A stretch of 64,000 nucleotides of DNA. Origin: an uncultured Bacillota bacterium. Lineage in GTDB: Bacteria > Bacillota > DTU025 > MWDF01. A model generated the notes under the pieces. The model made no database searches. It was not told where the DNA came from and saw nothing but the letters and a program-made list of their open reading frames with translations. The translations under genes and the position numbers were made by a program. The stretch covers positions 64,001 through 128,000 of the forward strand of contig CAWGMK010000004.1 of assembly GCA_963823655.1 (NCBI GenBank), written 5' to 3'. Positions 10,968 to 25,623 of this stretch are shown here, one piece after another. Every line of letters starts with the position of its first letter. Within the stretch, counting starts at the first letter, position 1.

Positions 10968-11804
10968 CTACTTCACTATGAAGGACTTGCTTATCAGGTA
11001 GTTTATTGCTTCCTTATCGGTTAGGCAGTACTCCAGGAAAGACTTGGCGGGTTCCTTGGCATCGCCCTTCGTCAGGAGCAGGAAGGGCCTTGCTATCTTA
11101 TAGGTGCCCTTGGCGAGGTTTTCCATATTGGCCACCACTGAGTCTATGCTGAGCGCATTGACCTTGTAGCTTGCCACTGTCCCGAGCGATATGTAGCCAA
11201 TGGCGTTCTTGTCCCCTGATACTGCCTGCGCCAGCTGGCCTGTCGAGTTCATGACTGCCGCGTAGATCTCCTCGTCGATTACAAGCTGGGCTCCCTTGGA
11301 GTCCTTGCCCAGGACCAGCTCCTCAAAGGCTCCCCTGGTGCCCGATGTGGATTCTCTTGTGTAGAGGTTGATCTTGCCCGCGTTTCCGCCAACTGCCTTC
11401 CAATCGGTTATCTTGCCGAGGAATATGTCCCTGGCCTGGGCCTTCGTCAGGCCCTTTACCGGGTTCGACTGGCTTGTGATTATCGCTATGCCGTCTATGC
11501 AAAGCGTATATTCCTTGAGCGATTTCTCCTCGTCCTTAAGCTCCCTGGACGACATGCCGATGTCGGCTGTGCCCTGCATCGCGGCCTCAATCCCCATGCC
11601 GGAGCCAATGGATTCTATTGTGATCTTGACGCCGGGGTTCTTCGCCATGAAAAGCTTCGCCAGGGCCTCCACGTACGGGGCCACTGAAGTGGATCCTGCA
11701 ATTGTGAGTTTGCCTGAAAGTGCTGCGGCAGATGCCGTGCCGGCAAGTAAAAGCGCCATCAGCGATATGACTGCAACTAGGGTGATTGTCCTTCTAATTC
11801 TCAT
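10968..11804 (-). CDS. pstS: Phosphate-binding protein PstS
   Basis: Signal peptide, AGSTSV, GSGMG, RESTSGTRGAF. Confidence 0.93.
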   Translation of the reverse strand: MRIRRTITLVAVISLMALLLAGTASAAALSGKLTIAGSTSVAPYVEALAKLFMAKNPGVKITIESIGSGMGIEAAMQGTADIGMSSRELKDEEKSLKEYTLCIDGIAIITSQSNPVKGLTKAQARDIFLGKITDWKAVGGNAGKINLYTRESTSGTRGAFEELVLGKDSKGAQLVIDEEIYAAVMNSTGQLAQAVSGDKNAIGYISLGTVASYKVNALSIDSVVANMENLAKGTYKIARPFLLLTKGDAKEPAKSFLEYCLTDKEAINYLISKSFIVK

Positions 11805-11848
11805 CGATTTACCTCCTGTAATTTGACTCTTACATTTCCTTCAATTAC

Positions 11849-11902
11849 AGGATAGCAACCGATTGTTATGCGCAAATTATGTGAATGTTAAGTAATTGTT
11901 AA
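11849..11902 (-). promoter_or_regulatory. Pho box (four 11-bp-period repeats) with extended -10 upstream of pstS
   Basis: Minus strand TTAACA-attac-TTAACA-ttcac-ATAATT-tgcgc-ATAACA, then TGcTATCCT; matches the Bacillus-type TT(A/T)ACA PhoP repeat. Confidence 0.8.
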
Positions 11903-13611
11903 GCTTTTCCCCGCTTCAGCGGCAGGATGATTGAGAACGTGCTGCCGACGCCGGGCGCACTTTCGACCATCGCCCGCCCTCCCATTGAAATGGCTATGTG
12001 CTTGACGATGGAAAGGCCCAGCCCGGTGCCCCCCAAGCTGCCTTGACCTGCTCGTGTCGACCCTGTAGAACCTCTCGAACACCCTCGCCTGGTCCTCCTT
12101 GGATATGCCTATCCCATTATCCGATACTTCAAGCACCGCGTCAGGGCCCCTTCTAAAGGCCCTGATCTTGACCCATCCGCCGCTTTCCGTATATTTCACG
12201 GCATTGTCGGCAAGGTTCACCGCAAGCCTTCTTAGAGTGGCCCCGTCCGCATCCAGGATGAGGCCGTCCTCCGCCTCGATAGTCAGCGCGATATCCTTGC
12301 CAGCAGCAATAGGCGATATCATCTCTGCTGCGAAGCGTACTTCCTGCGCCAGGTCCGACTCCCCTTCCTGTACGCCCACGGATTCAATAGTCGAAAGCGC
12401 GATGATGTCGTCTACCAGCTTGGACATCCTGTCGGATTCCGAAACCACCGTCGCGAGGTACTTATCCCTTATGGCAGCATCGTCCTCGCCCATAAGGCTC
12501 TCAGCGAAGCCCCTTATCGAAGTAAGAGGCGTCTTCAGCTCGTGCGTTACATTGGCCACGAACTCGCTTCTCATCTTTTCGATCTTCCTTGACCCGCTTA
12601 TGTCCCTGATGCTTGCGACAGCGCCTGACAGGACGCCGTCCTCCCGGATTACGGGGCTTGCCACGATTGCGATCGGCGGGCCTCCCAGCTGGTCCTCGCA
12701 CTCCACAGGAATTCTCTCCTGCATGGCTTTTCTTAAGGTAGCCTCAAGCCTTGTGGACCTTATGCTTTCCAGTATATGTTCCCCATATTTAGCCTCGCCC
12801 TTCATCCCGGTAAGGAAGACTGCCTTATCGTTCATGAGGGTCAGATGCATGTCTGCATCGACGAAGACAATGCCGTCGGAAATCGAGGAGAGTATGCCTG
12901 TAAGCTGGGCCTTCTGCCCGGTCAGTCCCGTTATCGTGGAGGAGAGCCTGTCCGCCATCGAGTTGAAGGAGCTCGCAAGCCTTCCTTCAGGTCCGGATTC
13001 TGCCGATCCCATCCTCATCGCGAAGTCGCCGGCCGCGTACTTCTCGGAAAGGGCCGCCATCATGTCCATTTTCGCCGAAATGCCGCCGGAGATCCTGTAA
13101 GCCGCGATTATGCCAAGCACACCAAGCAGCGCGGTTATGCCCATTATCAGGCCAGTCTCCGCCTTCGCCGCCGCCATGGCCGATAGGAGCGGCACAGAGA
13201 GCCTTAGAATGCCCCCGTCCTCCATTTGACGGCGTAATAAAGGCTTGTGGCCCCTGCGGTGTCCGAAAGCCTTGTAGCCCAGCCCTCGCCCTTCTTCAGG
13301 GCATCTTGCACCTCGGGCCTGTATAGATGGTTTTCCATGGTAACGGGCAAAAAATCCGAGTCGGCAAGCACCGACCCGTCCTGTCCGATCATTGTGGCCC
13401 TGATCCCCAATTCTGCCTTCACGGCAGCCGCCGCGCTCTGCGGCTCCATCTGTGCGAAATATCGCTCATTTGCCACCGCGGAGAATGACTTCAGGTTCTG
13501 CAGCGCCGATGCCCTGATAGAGTCAGAAGACAGCCTCAGCGCCATGTAGCTTCCCGCAGCAATGCAGGCGAGCACCAGGACCGATATCCAAACGAAGGAC
13601 TTTCTTCTCAT
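11899..13611 (-). CDS. phoR: Sensor histidine kinase PhoR (frameshifts near 13222 and 12030)
   Basis: [10 protein letters not shown] sensor motif, HAMP, PAS, H-box [17 protein letters not shown]-box [15 protein letters not shown]; G2 box [10 protein letters not shown] restored after the shift. Confidence 0.88.
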
Positions 13612-14324
13612 TGTCTTTCCGCCTGCGGCGGGCTCATCCTGTAGCCTATGCCGCGAACCGTCTCTATCATGTCGGCAGCAGGAAAACCGATCTTCGATCT
13701 AAGATGGGTGATGTGCACATCCACAGTCCTCATGTCGCCGAAGTAGTCATAGCCCCACACTTCGCCAAGAAGCTTCTCCCTGGAGAAGGCAGTGCCCAGA
13801 TTCTGCGCCAAAAAAGAAAGCAGGTCGTACTCCTTCATGGTAAGGAAAAGCTCCCTGCCATCCGAGTACGCCCTTCTTGCGGACTTATCTATCCTTATGC
13901 TGCCAACTTCCAGCGTTGTGGCTGCAGCGGCATCTTCTATCTGCGGCATCGCCCTTCTTAAAAGTGCCCTGACCCTTGCCATCAGCTCGCTCATGCTAAA
14001 TGGCTTGGACATGTAGTCATCGGCGCCGATTTCAAGTCCGTACACCTTATCGGCGTCGGCGTTCCTGGCAGTGAGCATGATAACCGGCATCCTCGAAGTA
14101 TCCCTCGATGATCTGAGCCTGTGGAGCACTTCATGCCCGTCCATGACAGGCATCATAACGTCGAGTATGACCAAATCGGGCTTATGCTCGTCGATTGCGG
14201 CAATTGCCGCGGCCCCGTCGACCGCCTCCACAACTTCGTATCCCGATTTGCCAAGGCTGTAGGTGAGGAGCCTTCTTATGCTCTCCTCATCATCTACTAC
14301 CAGTACTCTCTGCTTGTCCTGCAC
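13608..14324 (-). CDS. phoP: OmpR-family response regulator PhoB/PhoP
   Basis: VVDDE, LDVMMP, KPF, winged helix RTVDVHI..LRSK, ETVRGIGY; GTG start with GGAGG. Confidence 0.85.
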   Translation of the reverse strand: MQDKQRVLVVDDEESIRRLLTYSLGKSGYEVVEAVDGAAAIAAIDEHKPDLVILDVMMPVMDGHEVLHRLRSSRDTSRMPVIMLTARNADADKVYGLEIGADDYMSKPFSMSELMARVRALLRRAMPQIEDAAAATTLEVGSIRIDKSARRAYSDGRELFLTMKEYDLLSFLAQNLGTAFSREKLLGEVWGYDYFGDMRTVDVHITHLRSKIGFPAADMIETVRGIGYRMSPPQAERQ

Positions 14325-14361
14325 AAAAACCTCCTGAAGGCCCTTATCACAGTCAATAATT

Positions 14362-15549
14362 TCAGTCGCCGGACTTGAACTGGTTCCTTCCCGCATCCTT
14401 GGCGAACTGCAGGGCGCTCTCAGCCCTTTCAAGCAAGCCCTCTATCTTATCGTCCTCGGCGGGCTTGGCCGTCGCAACTCCTATGGACACGGTCACGCAG
14501 TCGCCGTCCCTGGTCTTGCCGCACAGCATATCGCTCTTCCTAACGCCATCCATTATCGACTGTGCGATGGCTTCTGCCCCTTCGGGGGTGGTGTCCGGCA
14601 GAAGCAGCAGGAACTCGTCCCCGCAGTATCTTGATCCAGGTTCATTCGTGCACCTGGTAATCACATCGGAGCCCCTTCTTACGGCCGACTTCAATACTTC
14701 GGCCACAGCCCTGATGCACTCATCCCCCATCGCATGCCCATACTTGTCGCTGAAGCTTTTAAGCTGGTCGATATCGACAAGCATCAGGGATATGGTGCCT
14801 TTGTTCCTCTTGGTCCTCGCCCATTCGTGCTCGAGGAGCGCATTGGTCCTCCTCTTGCTCAAAAGCCCGGTCAGCGGGTCAATCTCCGACTCCGACCTTA
14901 CCGCCGTCTTCGATACTTCCTGCTTAAAGCGGAAGGCGAACGCCTCCACCCTGTTGACATAAATAAGCCGGGAGATCAGGTATGTAAGGACTGTCGCGGC
15001 GGCCGCATCGATCGCGCTGAAGATCACCTGCTTGGAATCCGCCCCCATTCCGTATGTCGCAAGCACAAAGGCGACCGAGCTGATTATTGCCGCAATGAGC
15101 AGCCTCCACGGTTTCAGCCTCGGGACAAGCAGAAGGGAGAGCAAACCGAACACGAAGATCACCGAGCGTACCGGCATTTGCGGCGCCGTTGCGATTACTA
15201 TCGAGTAGACCACTATGAGGCCGCTTGCGAAGAAGTCCGCGCCCGTCCTCCTTCCGCTATTCCGGTACTCCCCGATAAGGCTTCTCAAATAGAAGTACAC
15301 GATAAGCAGGAGCGCCCCTGAAAGGCCGACGATGAGCGCAAGGTATCCTGCGCTTGCCCCCTTATAGGAAGCATCAAGCCCTACGATCATGTAAAGGGCG
15401 GAGAGCACGCACAGCACGCCGCCGAAAATGAGCATGAGCGGCGCCACTTTCTTCAGATACCACTCGTAATAGTGGTTCTCGAATGCCTCTGCCATGGACT
15501 TTGTACCGAATTGCGCGCCTGGTCTCGGGTCGAGCTCTTTCGCTTCCAT
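14362..15549 (-). CDS. Membrane-bound GGDEF-domain protein with non-canonical CGDEF motif
   Basis: About six TM segments; DPLTGL, DIDQLK, YGHAMGDE, RYCGDEF, TVSIGVA, AKDAGRN. Confidence 0.85.
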   Translation of the reverse strand: MEAKELDPRPGAQFGTKSMAEAFENHYYEWYLKKVAPLMLIFGGVLCVLSALYMIVGLDASYKGASAGYLALIVGLSGALLLIVYFYLRSLIGEYRNSGRRTGADFFASGLIVVYSIVIATAPQMPVRSVIFVFGLLSLLLVPRLKPWRLLIAAIISSVAFVLATYGMGADSKQVIFSAIDAAAATVLTYLISRLIYVNRVEAFAFRFKQEVSKTAVRSESEIDPLTGLLSKRRTNALLEHEWARTKRNKGTISLMLVDIDQLKSFSDKYGHAMGDECIRAVAEVLKSAVRRGSDVITRCTNEPGSRYCGDEFLLLLPDTTPEGAEAIAQSIMDGVRKSDMLCGKTRDGDCVTVSIGVATAKPAEDDKIEGLLERAESALQFAKDAGRNQFKSGD

Positions 15550-15629
15550 GCTTTTCACCCCGCAAAATCGAATTTGACGGAGCATGGGCCGGTTATGCCG
15601 GTAGCCGGCCCCTTGCCGCAAAGCAGAAA

Positions 15630-17082
15630 TTATACCCTTCGCCTCTCCAGTTCCTCTTTCAGAAGCTCATTTGCCTTCTTGGGGTTAGCGCGCCCCCTGG
15701 TGGCCTTCATAAGCCCGCCTACAAGGAAGGTAAGCGCGTTCTCCTTGCCGTTTAGGTAATCGGCGCACGGCCCGGGGTTTGCATCCAGCACGGCGACTGC
15801 GGCCTTCCTGAGCTCGTCGTCCCCGCTGATCTGCCCTAAGCCCTTGGCCTGCACTATGCCCTTCGGGCTCCCGCCGCAGTTGAAAGCCTCCGAGAAGACC
15901 TCCTTTGCGGTCTTGCCGTTGATCTCACCGTTTGCCAGCATGCCCAGAAGCTCTGCCATGCCGTCCGGGCCCAGCTTGCATGCCGATATCTCAGTGCCGG
16001 AGGCGTTCATTGCAGCCGCCAGCTCGCCTGTAATCCAGTTGGCGAGCATCTTCGCATCGGCGCCCAGCCTTCACTGCCCTTTCGAAGTAGTCCGAAAGCG
16101 CCGCGTCCTCCGAAATCAGGTAGGCTTCGTTCGAACCAAGGCCGTTTTCGGCCATGTACCTGAGCTTCTTCTGGTCCGGCAGCTCGGGTATGGTTGCCTT
16201 GACCCTTGCTATCCACTCATCGTCGATATTCAAAGTCACAAGGTCAGGCTCGGGGAAGTACCTGTAGTCGTGAGCCTGCTCCTTGGACCTCATGAACACG
16301 GTCTCCGACTTGGCATCGTCCCAGTGCCTGGTCTCGCGCCTGACTTTTCCTCCGGCCTCGTATACCGCGACCTGCCTTTTGGACTCGAACTCTATGGCCT
16401 TGTAGACAGACTTGAAGGAGGCGATGTTCTTCATCTCGGTCAGGGCCCAGAACTCGCTCGAGCCCGCGGGCCTTACAGAGATGTTCGCCTCGCAGCGCAT
16501 CGACCCCTCCTCCATCTTGACATCGGATACGCCTATTGCCAGCAAAACGCTTCTAAGCTTGGAGAGGTACGCCCTTGCCTCGTCAGCCGAACGCATGTCG
16601 GCCTCGGTGACGATCTCCATTAGGGGTATGCCGCACCTGTTGAAGTCTATCATCGAGCTTGCTGCGCTTGTTATATCGTCGCCGGCGTGGACCAGCTTGC
16701 CCGTCTCCTCTTCAAGGTGCACCCTTTTTATGCCGATGCGCTTGGTCCTGCCATCTACTTCTATATCCAGCCAGCCGTTCCTTCCGATCGGCATGTCATA
16801 TTGCGAAATCTGATAGGCTTTCGGAAGGTCGGGGTAGAAGTAATTCTTCCTGTCGAACTTGGTCCTGCCTGTTACCGTGCAGTTTAGGGCAAGCCCCGTC
16901 TTCATGCAGTACTCCACCGCCTTGCGGTTGAGCACGGGCAGCACGCCCGGCATTCCCAGGCACACCGGGCAGACTTGCGTATTGGGCGGCGCGCCGAAGT
17001 CCGTCTTGCATCCGCAAAAGACCTTTGATGAGGTCAAAAGCTCAGCGTGCACTTCTATTCCTACTACAGTCTCCCAGTTCAT
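15630..17082 (-). CDS. gatB: Asp/Glu-tRNA amidotransferase subunit B (frameshift near 16065)
   Basis: [36 protein letters not shown]; YqeY-like tail in ORF 15630-16049. Confidence 0.96.
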
Positions 17083-18566
17083 TACCTTGCACCACCCTTC
17101 GGGACGGGCAGCTTCTCGACTACCCCTGCATGCCTCTCGACTCCGGACGCAAGCCTGAACAGCGTCTCCTCATCGAAGGCCCTTGCCGTCAGCTGCAGGC
17201 CGACTGGCATTCCGGAGGCCATGCCGCACGGCACGGAAAGGGCCGGAAGCCCTATTAGGTTCGCAGTGATCGTATATACATCGCTCATATACATCGAAAG
17301 GGGGTCTGCCGTCTTCTCGCCGAAGCGGAAAGCAACGCTTGGGGCCGTGGGCCCGGCTATCGCGTCGCATACCTGCAATGCCGCGTCGAACTCGTCCTTT
17401 AGCACGCGGCGCACTTTGAGCGCCTTGTTGTAGTAGGCGTCGTAGTATCCTGCCGAAAGGACGTATGTGCCCAGCATGATCCTCCTTTTGACCTCAGGGC
17501 CGAACCCGTGGCTGCGGCTCTTCTTCATGCAGGAGATGACATCCTCGGCGCTCCTGTCCCTGTAGCCGTACCTGATGCCGTCGAAGCGGGCGAGATTAGA
17601 GCTCGCCTCGGCGGTCGCCACCAGGTAATAGGCGGCAAGGCCCTTCATCGAGCTTGGAAGGCTGACCTCCACTATCTCTGCGCCCTCCGCTTCAAGCGCA
17701 TGCAGGGATTTGAGCACCTGATCCTTTACTTCTTCGTCAAGGCCGGGGCCGAAGTATTCCTTCGGAAGGCCGATCTTCATGCCCTTTATGCTCTTGCCGC
17801 AGGCCTGGACGACAGCCGGTGCGTCTTTGGGGGCCGATGTGCTCTCAAGCGGGTCGTAACCTGCAATCGACTCGAATACCAGGGCCGCGTCCTCGACGCT
17901 TCTGGCAAACGGGCCTATCTGGTCGAGCGAGGAGCCGAAGGCCACAAGCCCATACCTCGATACCCTTCCGTACGTGGGCTTAAGCCCGACTATGCCGCAG
18001 AAGGAGGCAGGCTGCCTGATGGAGCCGCCCGTGTCCGAACCGAGCGAGAACTGCGCGATGCCTGAGGCTACTACCGCAGCCGACCCTCCTGATGATCCGC
18101 CGGGCACGCGCTCCATGTCCCAGGGGTTCCTGGTGGGGCCGTATGCCGAATTCTCAGTGGAGGATCCCATGGCGTACTCGTCCATGTTCGCCTTGCCGAT
18201 GAGGACCGCGCCTTCAAGCTTCTTCGCCACTGTCGCATCATACGGCGGCACGAAGTCCTCCAGCATCTTTGAGCCGCAGGTCGTCCTCATGCCCTTCTTG
18301 CACATATTGTCCTTCAGGGCGTACGGCACGCCTGTCAGCGGCATGGGCTCTGCCCCGCCGCCCCTCGCCTCTTTCCAGGCCTTCTCAGCGGCGATCGCTG
18401 CGTTTCTTGCATCAGCCGTATCATATGCGTCAAGCAGCAGCGAGTGCATCAGGGGCTCAAGCTTTGCGGCCCTGCCCTTTGCGCTTTGGAGCGCCTCTAC
18501 CGGGCTCGCCTCGCCCTTCCTGAATGCGTCTGTGAGCTGCTTAATTCCCAGTTCGTAAAGTTCCAC
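17082..18566 (-). CDS. gatA: Amidotransferase subunit A
   Basis: Amidase signature [32 protein letters not shown]. Confidence 0.97.
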   Translation of the reverse strand: MELYELGIKQLTDAFRKGEASPVEALQSAKGRAAKLEPLMHSLLLDAYDTADARNAAIAAEKAWKEARGGGAEPMPLTGVPYALKDNMCKKGMRTTCGSKMLEDFVPPYDATVAKKLEGAVLIGKANMDEYAMGSSTENSAYGPTRNPWDMERVPGGSSGGSAAVVASGIAQFSLGSDTGGSIRQPASFCGIVGLKPTYGRVSRYGLVAFGSSLDQIGPFARSVEDAALVFESIAGYDPLESTSAPKDAPAVVQACGKSIKGMKIGLPKEYFGPGLDEEVKDQVLKSLHALEAEGAEIVEVSLPSSMKGLAAYYLVATAEASSNLARFDGIRYGYRDRSAEDVISCMKKSRSHGFGPEVKRRIMLGTYVLSAGYYDAYYNKALKVRRVLKDEFDAALQVCDAIAGPTAPSVAFRFGEKTADPLSMYMSDVYTITANLIGLPALSVPCGMASGMPVGLQLTARAFDEETLFRLASGVERHAGVVEKLPVPKGGAR

Positions 18567-18577
18567 AGCAATGCCCC

Positions 18578-18879
18578 CTATTCCCCTTCAGAGTTGTCCA
18601 TGATGCGAGGCACAAGGAAGAACTCGCCCTTTTTCAAAGGCGCGTTCATAAGCGCCTCTTCATGGGTGAGCCCAAAGACCGGCACATCCTCGCGCATTAC
18701 GTTCGTAAGCTCCAGCGCGTGCGACAGAGGCTCGCGCCCCTCGGTATTGACCTCTGCGACCTGCTCCGCATATTTCAGTATGCTTCCCAGCTCCAGGGCG
18801 TACCTGTTTGCGTCCTCCTCGCCCACGTCCAGCCTTGCCAGCTCCGCTATCTTCATGACCTCATCCCTGGTAATTCCCA

Positions 18880-18880
<1 letters not shown>
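18578..18880 (-). CDS. gatC: Amidotransferase subunit C
   Basis: IAELARL, NVMRED, FLVPRI; directly upstream of gatA. Confidence 0.93.
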
Positions 18881-20956
<2,076 letters not shown>

Positions 20957-20989
20957 ACCCCCTCCGGCGAATAGTTCAAATCGCGCAGC

Positions 20990-23331
20990 CTATGCCTTGC
21001 TCAAAGGGGCGAAGCTGAGAGCCAGCCTCTTTATCCCCTGGCCGTCGAACGCAACCGTTACTACAGTATCTCCCGCAGTCTTCGCGACGCTTACTACCGT
21101 GCCCTTGCCGAACACGGGATGCTTCACCTTGTCGCCGGCTTTGAAGCCCTTATACCCGCCGAGATCGCCCACGCCCTGCGCATTCCTGGCAACTCCGTTG
21201 CTGACGGGCCTTCCCGCCTGCGAGCCGTAATTGGGCTCCGAGCTTCTGCCGTATCCGCCCTGCCCCTGCGCCTGGCCCCCCACTCCCCACTTGCCGGAGG
21301 AGTAGTCCCTGCCGGGCGTTCGCCACATGGGAGAATCTCCCGGGATTAAGGCACTCGATTACATCCTGCGGCACTTCGCCCACGAATCTGGATAGCAAGT
21401 TGTTGGACGGCGTGCCGTAAAGCAGCCTGTATGCTGCGTTTATGAGGTAGAGCCTCTCCTTGGCCCTCGTCATGCCCACATAACAAAGGCGCCTCTCCTC
21501 CTCCAGCTGCTTCGGCTCATAAAGAGACCTTGCCAGAGGGAAGATGTTCTCCTCCATGCCTATCATGAACACCACAGGGAACTCCAGCCCCTTTGCCGAG
21601 TGCAGCGTCATGAGGCTGATGCTGTCCTCCGCGAAGTTCGTCCTGTCCAAATCGGTTAACAGCGCCACTTCTTCCAAGAAGGCATCGATGTTCCTGGGAT
21701 CGGGCTTCGAGCTCTCGCCCCAGCCATCAGGTGCGGGCCCGCCGTCTTCCAGAAGCTTGGCCGCGGCGTTCTGCCTGGCCTCGAACTCCTTTGATACTGA
21801 AAGCAGCTCGCGAAGGTTATCAAGCCTCGCCTCCGCCTCCAGGCTGTCGTCCGCCTTCAGCTCGGCGTAGTAGCCGGAATCCTGCAGTATGCGCTCTATG
21901 ACATCCCCAAGCCTGAGCACGCCTTTGTGCGCGATTAGGGAGTCTCCGAGCTTCACGAATGCGGCGACGAGCCTCTTGGACCTTTCGGCGCCCTTCTCCT
22001 CGGAGCCGAACTGCCTTGCGGCGTCCCACATCGATAAGCCCTGCTCACCGGAAAGCGCCCTAACCCTCTCCTCGGTCGTCTCGCCTATGCCGCGCCTTGG
22101 CACGTTGAGGATCCTGGCCAGCGCCACCGAGTCGTGCGGGTTCACTATGAAGCGCAAGTAGGCTAAGTACATCCTTGATCTCCCTGCGTTCGTAGAACTT
22201 GAGCCCGCCGATTATCCTGTAAGGGAAGTTGCTTTTTAAGAAGCGACTCCTCCACGATTCTTGACTGCGAGTTCATGCGGTAGAGCACTGCGAACTCAGA
22301 AAGCTTGCGCCCCTCGGATACAAGGAGCTTCTCTATCTCCCTGACTACGAAGGAGGCCTCCTCCCTCTCGCCGGGGGCGTTGAAAAGCAGCACCTTGGAA
22401 CCCTTGTCCCTCTCGGTCCAGAGGGTCTTCTTCTTGCGGCCGCGGTTGTTCGCGATGACGCCTGATGCCGCCTCTAAAATGTTGGCGGATGAGCGGTAGT
22501 TCTGCTCAAGCTTCACGACTTTTGCGTCCGGGTAGTCCTGCTCGAACTCCAGTATGTTGGTAGGGTCCGCTCCTCGCCAGGTGTATATCGACTGGTCGTC
22601 GTCGCCGACGACTGCGATGTTCCTATACTTGTCCGCGAGCATCTTTACCAGCATGTACTGGGCGTGGTTCGTGTCCTGGTACTCGTCTACCATGATGTAG
22701 CGGAACCTCTCCTGGTAACGGTCCAGCACCTCCGGCCTTTCAATGAACAGCCTCACCGTTTGCATTATGAGATCGTCGAAGTCCATGGAGCCGTTATCGA
22801 CCAGAAGCTGCTGATACTTCGCATATATGCCGGCGATGCTCTTCTGCCAGGCGTCCTTTGCCGCAAATTCGGCGGGCGTCAGAAGCTCGTTCTTGGCGTC
22901 CGAGATCATGCCCAGCACCGCGGCTGGCTTGTAGATGTCCTTGGACAGGTTAAGCTCGCGAAGCGCCCTGTTTACGGCCGCAAGCTGGTCGGATTCGTCG
23001 AAGATGGTGAACGAGCGGGGGTAGCCCAGAAGCTCCGCCTCGTTTCTCAATATCCTCACGCAGAAGGAGTGGAAAGTCGCAACCGTCACGTACCTGCCGT
23101 AATCGCCGGCGAGCTTCTCCACGCGGTTTCGCATCTCCTCCGCCGCCTTGTTGGTGAAAGTGACGGCAAGTATCGAAAACGGCGGTATGCCGTGGTCCGA
23201 ATCATGCTTGCTATGCGGTATGTCAAGACGCGGGTCTTGCCGCTTCCGGCGCCCGCAAGTATCAGAAGGGGCCCATCTACGTGACGGGCCGCCTCTATCT
23301 GTTTTGGATTAAGGCAATCCTCGCCTATCAA
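20990..23331 (-). CDS. pcrA: ATP-dependent DNA helicase PcrA/UvrD (several frameshifts)
   Basis: [57 protein letters not shown]-terminal VKHPVFGKG domain. Confidence 0.94.
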
Positions 23332-24870
23332 GCCCCGGCTACCTCCTCGGACAGAAGGCGTATGGCCTTCCTGACCCTATCAAGGCAGATATCTTTACCC
23401 AGAAGGTGCATGCTCTCGAACATCGGCGGCGTCACCCTCTTGCCAGTCAGAGCCACCCTTACTTGCATCAGGAAATCGCCCAGCTTCATGCCTGCCGCTT
23501 CGATCGCCGACCTGAAAGCCGCCTCAATGGCATCCCTCTCCCAGACCGATATGCCCTCGATTACCTTCTCGGCCTGGTTGAGTATGTTCAGGGAGAACGC
23601 AGCGTCGTGCGACTGCTTGTCGCGGAATGTGACGGGCTTCAAGGCCCACCTCGTCAGTGAACAGGAAGCCCAGCATATCAGGCGCTTCGGTAAGCCTTGT
23701 TATCCTGTCGTGGATCTGCGTCGTCGCCTCTTCCAGGAACTTTCTGTCGTACTTGTGGCCTGCGCAAACCGGAACCGCCTCGCATCCTAACAGGTCCGGC
23801 TTATGGCGCCCGTTCCAGCACTGAGGAAGCAGCCCTGCGTCCTTGATGAATGGCAGTATGCGGTCCGCAAGCTCGGGCACAGACATCTTCCTTATGTACT
23901 CGCCGTTGAACCAGTCCAGCTTCTTGATGTCGAATATCGCGTCCGACTTGGACAGGTTCTCCAGGCTGAATGCCTCCACAAGCTCGTCCATGCTAAACAT
24001 CTCGCGCTCGGTGCCGGGGTTCCAGCCCAGAAGCGCCAGGAAGTTTACAAGCGCTTCAGGGAGATAGCCCATCTGCCTGAACTCGCCGATGTAGACGGCG
24101 CCTGCCCTCTTGGAAATCTTCGTGCGGTCGGGGTTTAGCATGAGTGTGAGATGCCCGAACTTGGGCGCCTTCCATCCCATTAAATCATATATGACCAGCT
24201 GGTCGAATGTGTTTGTCAGGTGCTCTACCGCCCTCATCACGTGCGTCATGTCCATGAGGTGCTCATCGACGACTGTGGCGAAGTTGTAGACCGGAGAGCC
24301 GTCGGATTTGACTATGACGAAGTCTCCGCGCTCTCCCATGTCCTTGACCTGGTGCTCGCGCAGTATGTCGTCGAATTCGTAGACTTTGGCGGGCACCCTT
24401 ACTCTTATGACGGGCTTCCTGCCTTCTGCCTCGAAGCCTTGCCTCTGCTCTTCGGTGAGGTGGGCGCATTTGCCGTAGTAGCGAGGCGGCTTGCCCGCTG
24501 CCATCGCGTCCTCGCGCTCTTTATCCAGCTCCTCTTTCGAGCAGTAGCACTTGTAGGCGTGATCCCTGGAAATGAGGTCGTCTACAACCTTCTTGTAGGT
24601 GTCTTCGCTTTCCATCTGCCTGTAGGGGGCGTAAGGCCCACCCACATCCGGGCCCTCATCCCATCTTATACCCAGCCAACGCAGGCCCTCCAGCACGCCT
24701 TCCTCGGATTCCTTCGTGCTTCTGGAAAGGTCCGTGTTGTCTATCCTCATAACGAACTTGCCGCCCATTTTCCTGGCGTAGAGCATATTGTACAGAGCGG
24801 TCCTGGCGGTGCCCACATGGCAGTTGCCAGTGGGGCTCGGGGCGATTCTCACCCTTACTGCCTCGGTCAT
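23328..24870 (-). CDS. gltX: Glutamyl-tRNA synthetase (frameshift near 23645)
   Basis: [12 protein letters not shown] (HIGH-like), KISKR (KMSKS), anticodon domain RVALTG...PP in ORF 23328-23642. Confidence 0.93.
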
Positions 24871-25068
24871 ATCCATCCCTCCTGTGCGCACCCCAAAAAA
24901 GGCGCGCCTATGTGCAGGTCCTAACTAAATTATTTTACCATAGCTACGGGCTGTTTGACTTGACGTGGGAATGAAAATGGGAACATCGACGGCCCCTTTT
25001 GGCGCAGCTTAAGGCATTTGGTCAACAGATGCTATAATTATTCTATTATGCCTTCTAAGGAGGACCAC

Positions 25069-25596
25069 ATGGAAGCATTCGATGCGATTCTGACAAGGCG
25101 AAGCATCAGGAAGTACAAACCGGTGAAGGTGTCGGATGAAAATGTCAAGAAGCTGCTGGAGTGCGGTTTCGCAGCGCCTACGGCCAGGAACAAGAGGCCT
25201 TTACATTTTCTAGTAATCGAGGACAGGGGCCAGCTTATCGCGCTTGGCGCAATGCATGTCTTCACCGCGATGGTCGCCCAGTCCGCGCTGTCCATACTCG
25301 TGTGCGGGGATCTGGGCCTTGAGGACAGAAGGCAGTTTCTGGACCAGGACGGCTCGGCCGCGACGCAGAACATCCTGCTGGGAGCGCATGCTATGGGCCT
25401 TGGGGCGGTATGGTGCGGCGTACCGAAGGACGGCGAGCGCGAGATAGCCATAAGGGGCATCTGCGGCTTGCCTGAAAACATTGTGCCGGTATCGCTTGTG
25501 GCAATCGGCGTGCCTGATGAGAAGAAGGATGCGCCTGACAGGTATGACGGCACAAGGGTGAGGCAGACCGCTGGTAACGGTATAACATTGGCATAA
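25069..25596 (+). CDS. Nitroreductase family protein
   Basis: RRSIRKY, APTARNKRP, QNILLGAHAMGLGAVW; AAGGAGG RBS; TGcTATAAT extended -10 at 25030-25038. Confidence 0.9.
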   Translation: MEAFDAILTRRSIRKYKPVKVSDENVKKLLECGFAAPTARNKRPLHFLVIEDRGQLIALGAMHVFTAMVAQSALSILVCGDLGLEDRRQFLDQDGSAATQNILLGAHAMGLGAVWCGVPKDGEREIAIRGICGLPENIVPVSLVAIGVPDEKKDAPDRYDGTRVRQTAGNGITLA

Positions 25597-25623
25597 CTTG
25601 GCAATCATCCACGGAAGGGACTA

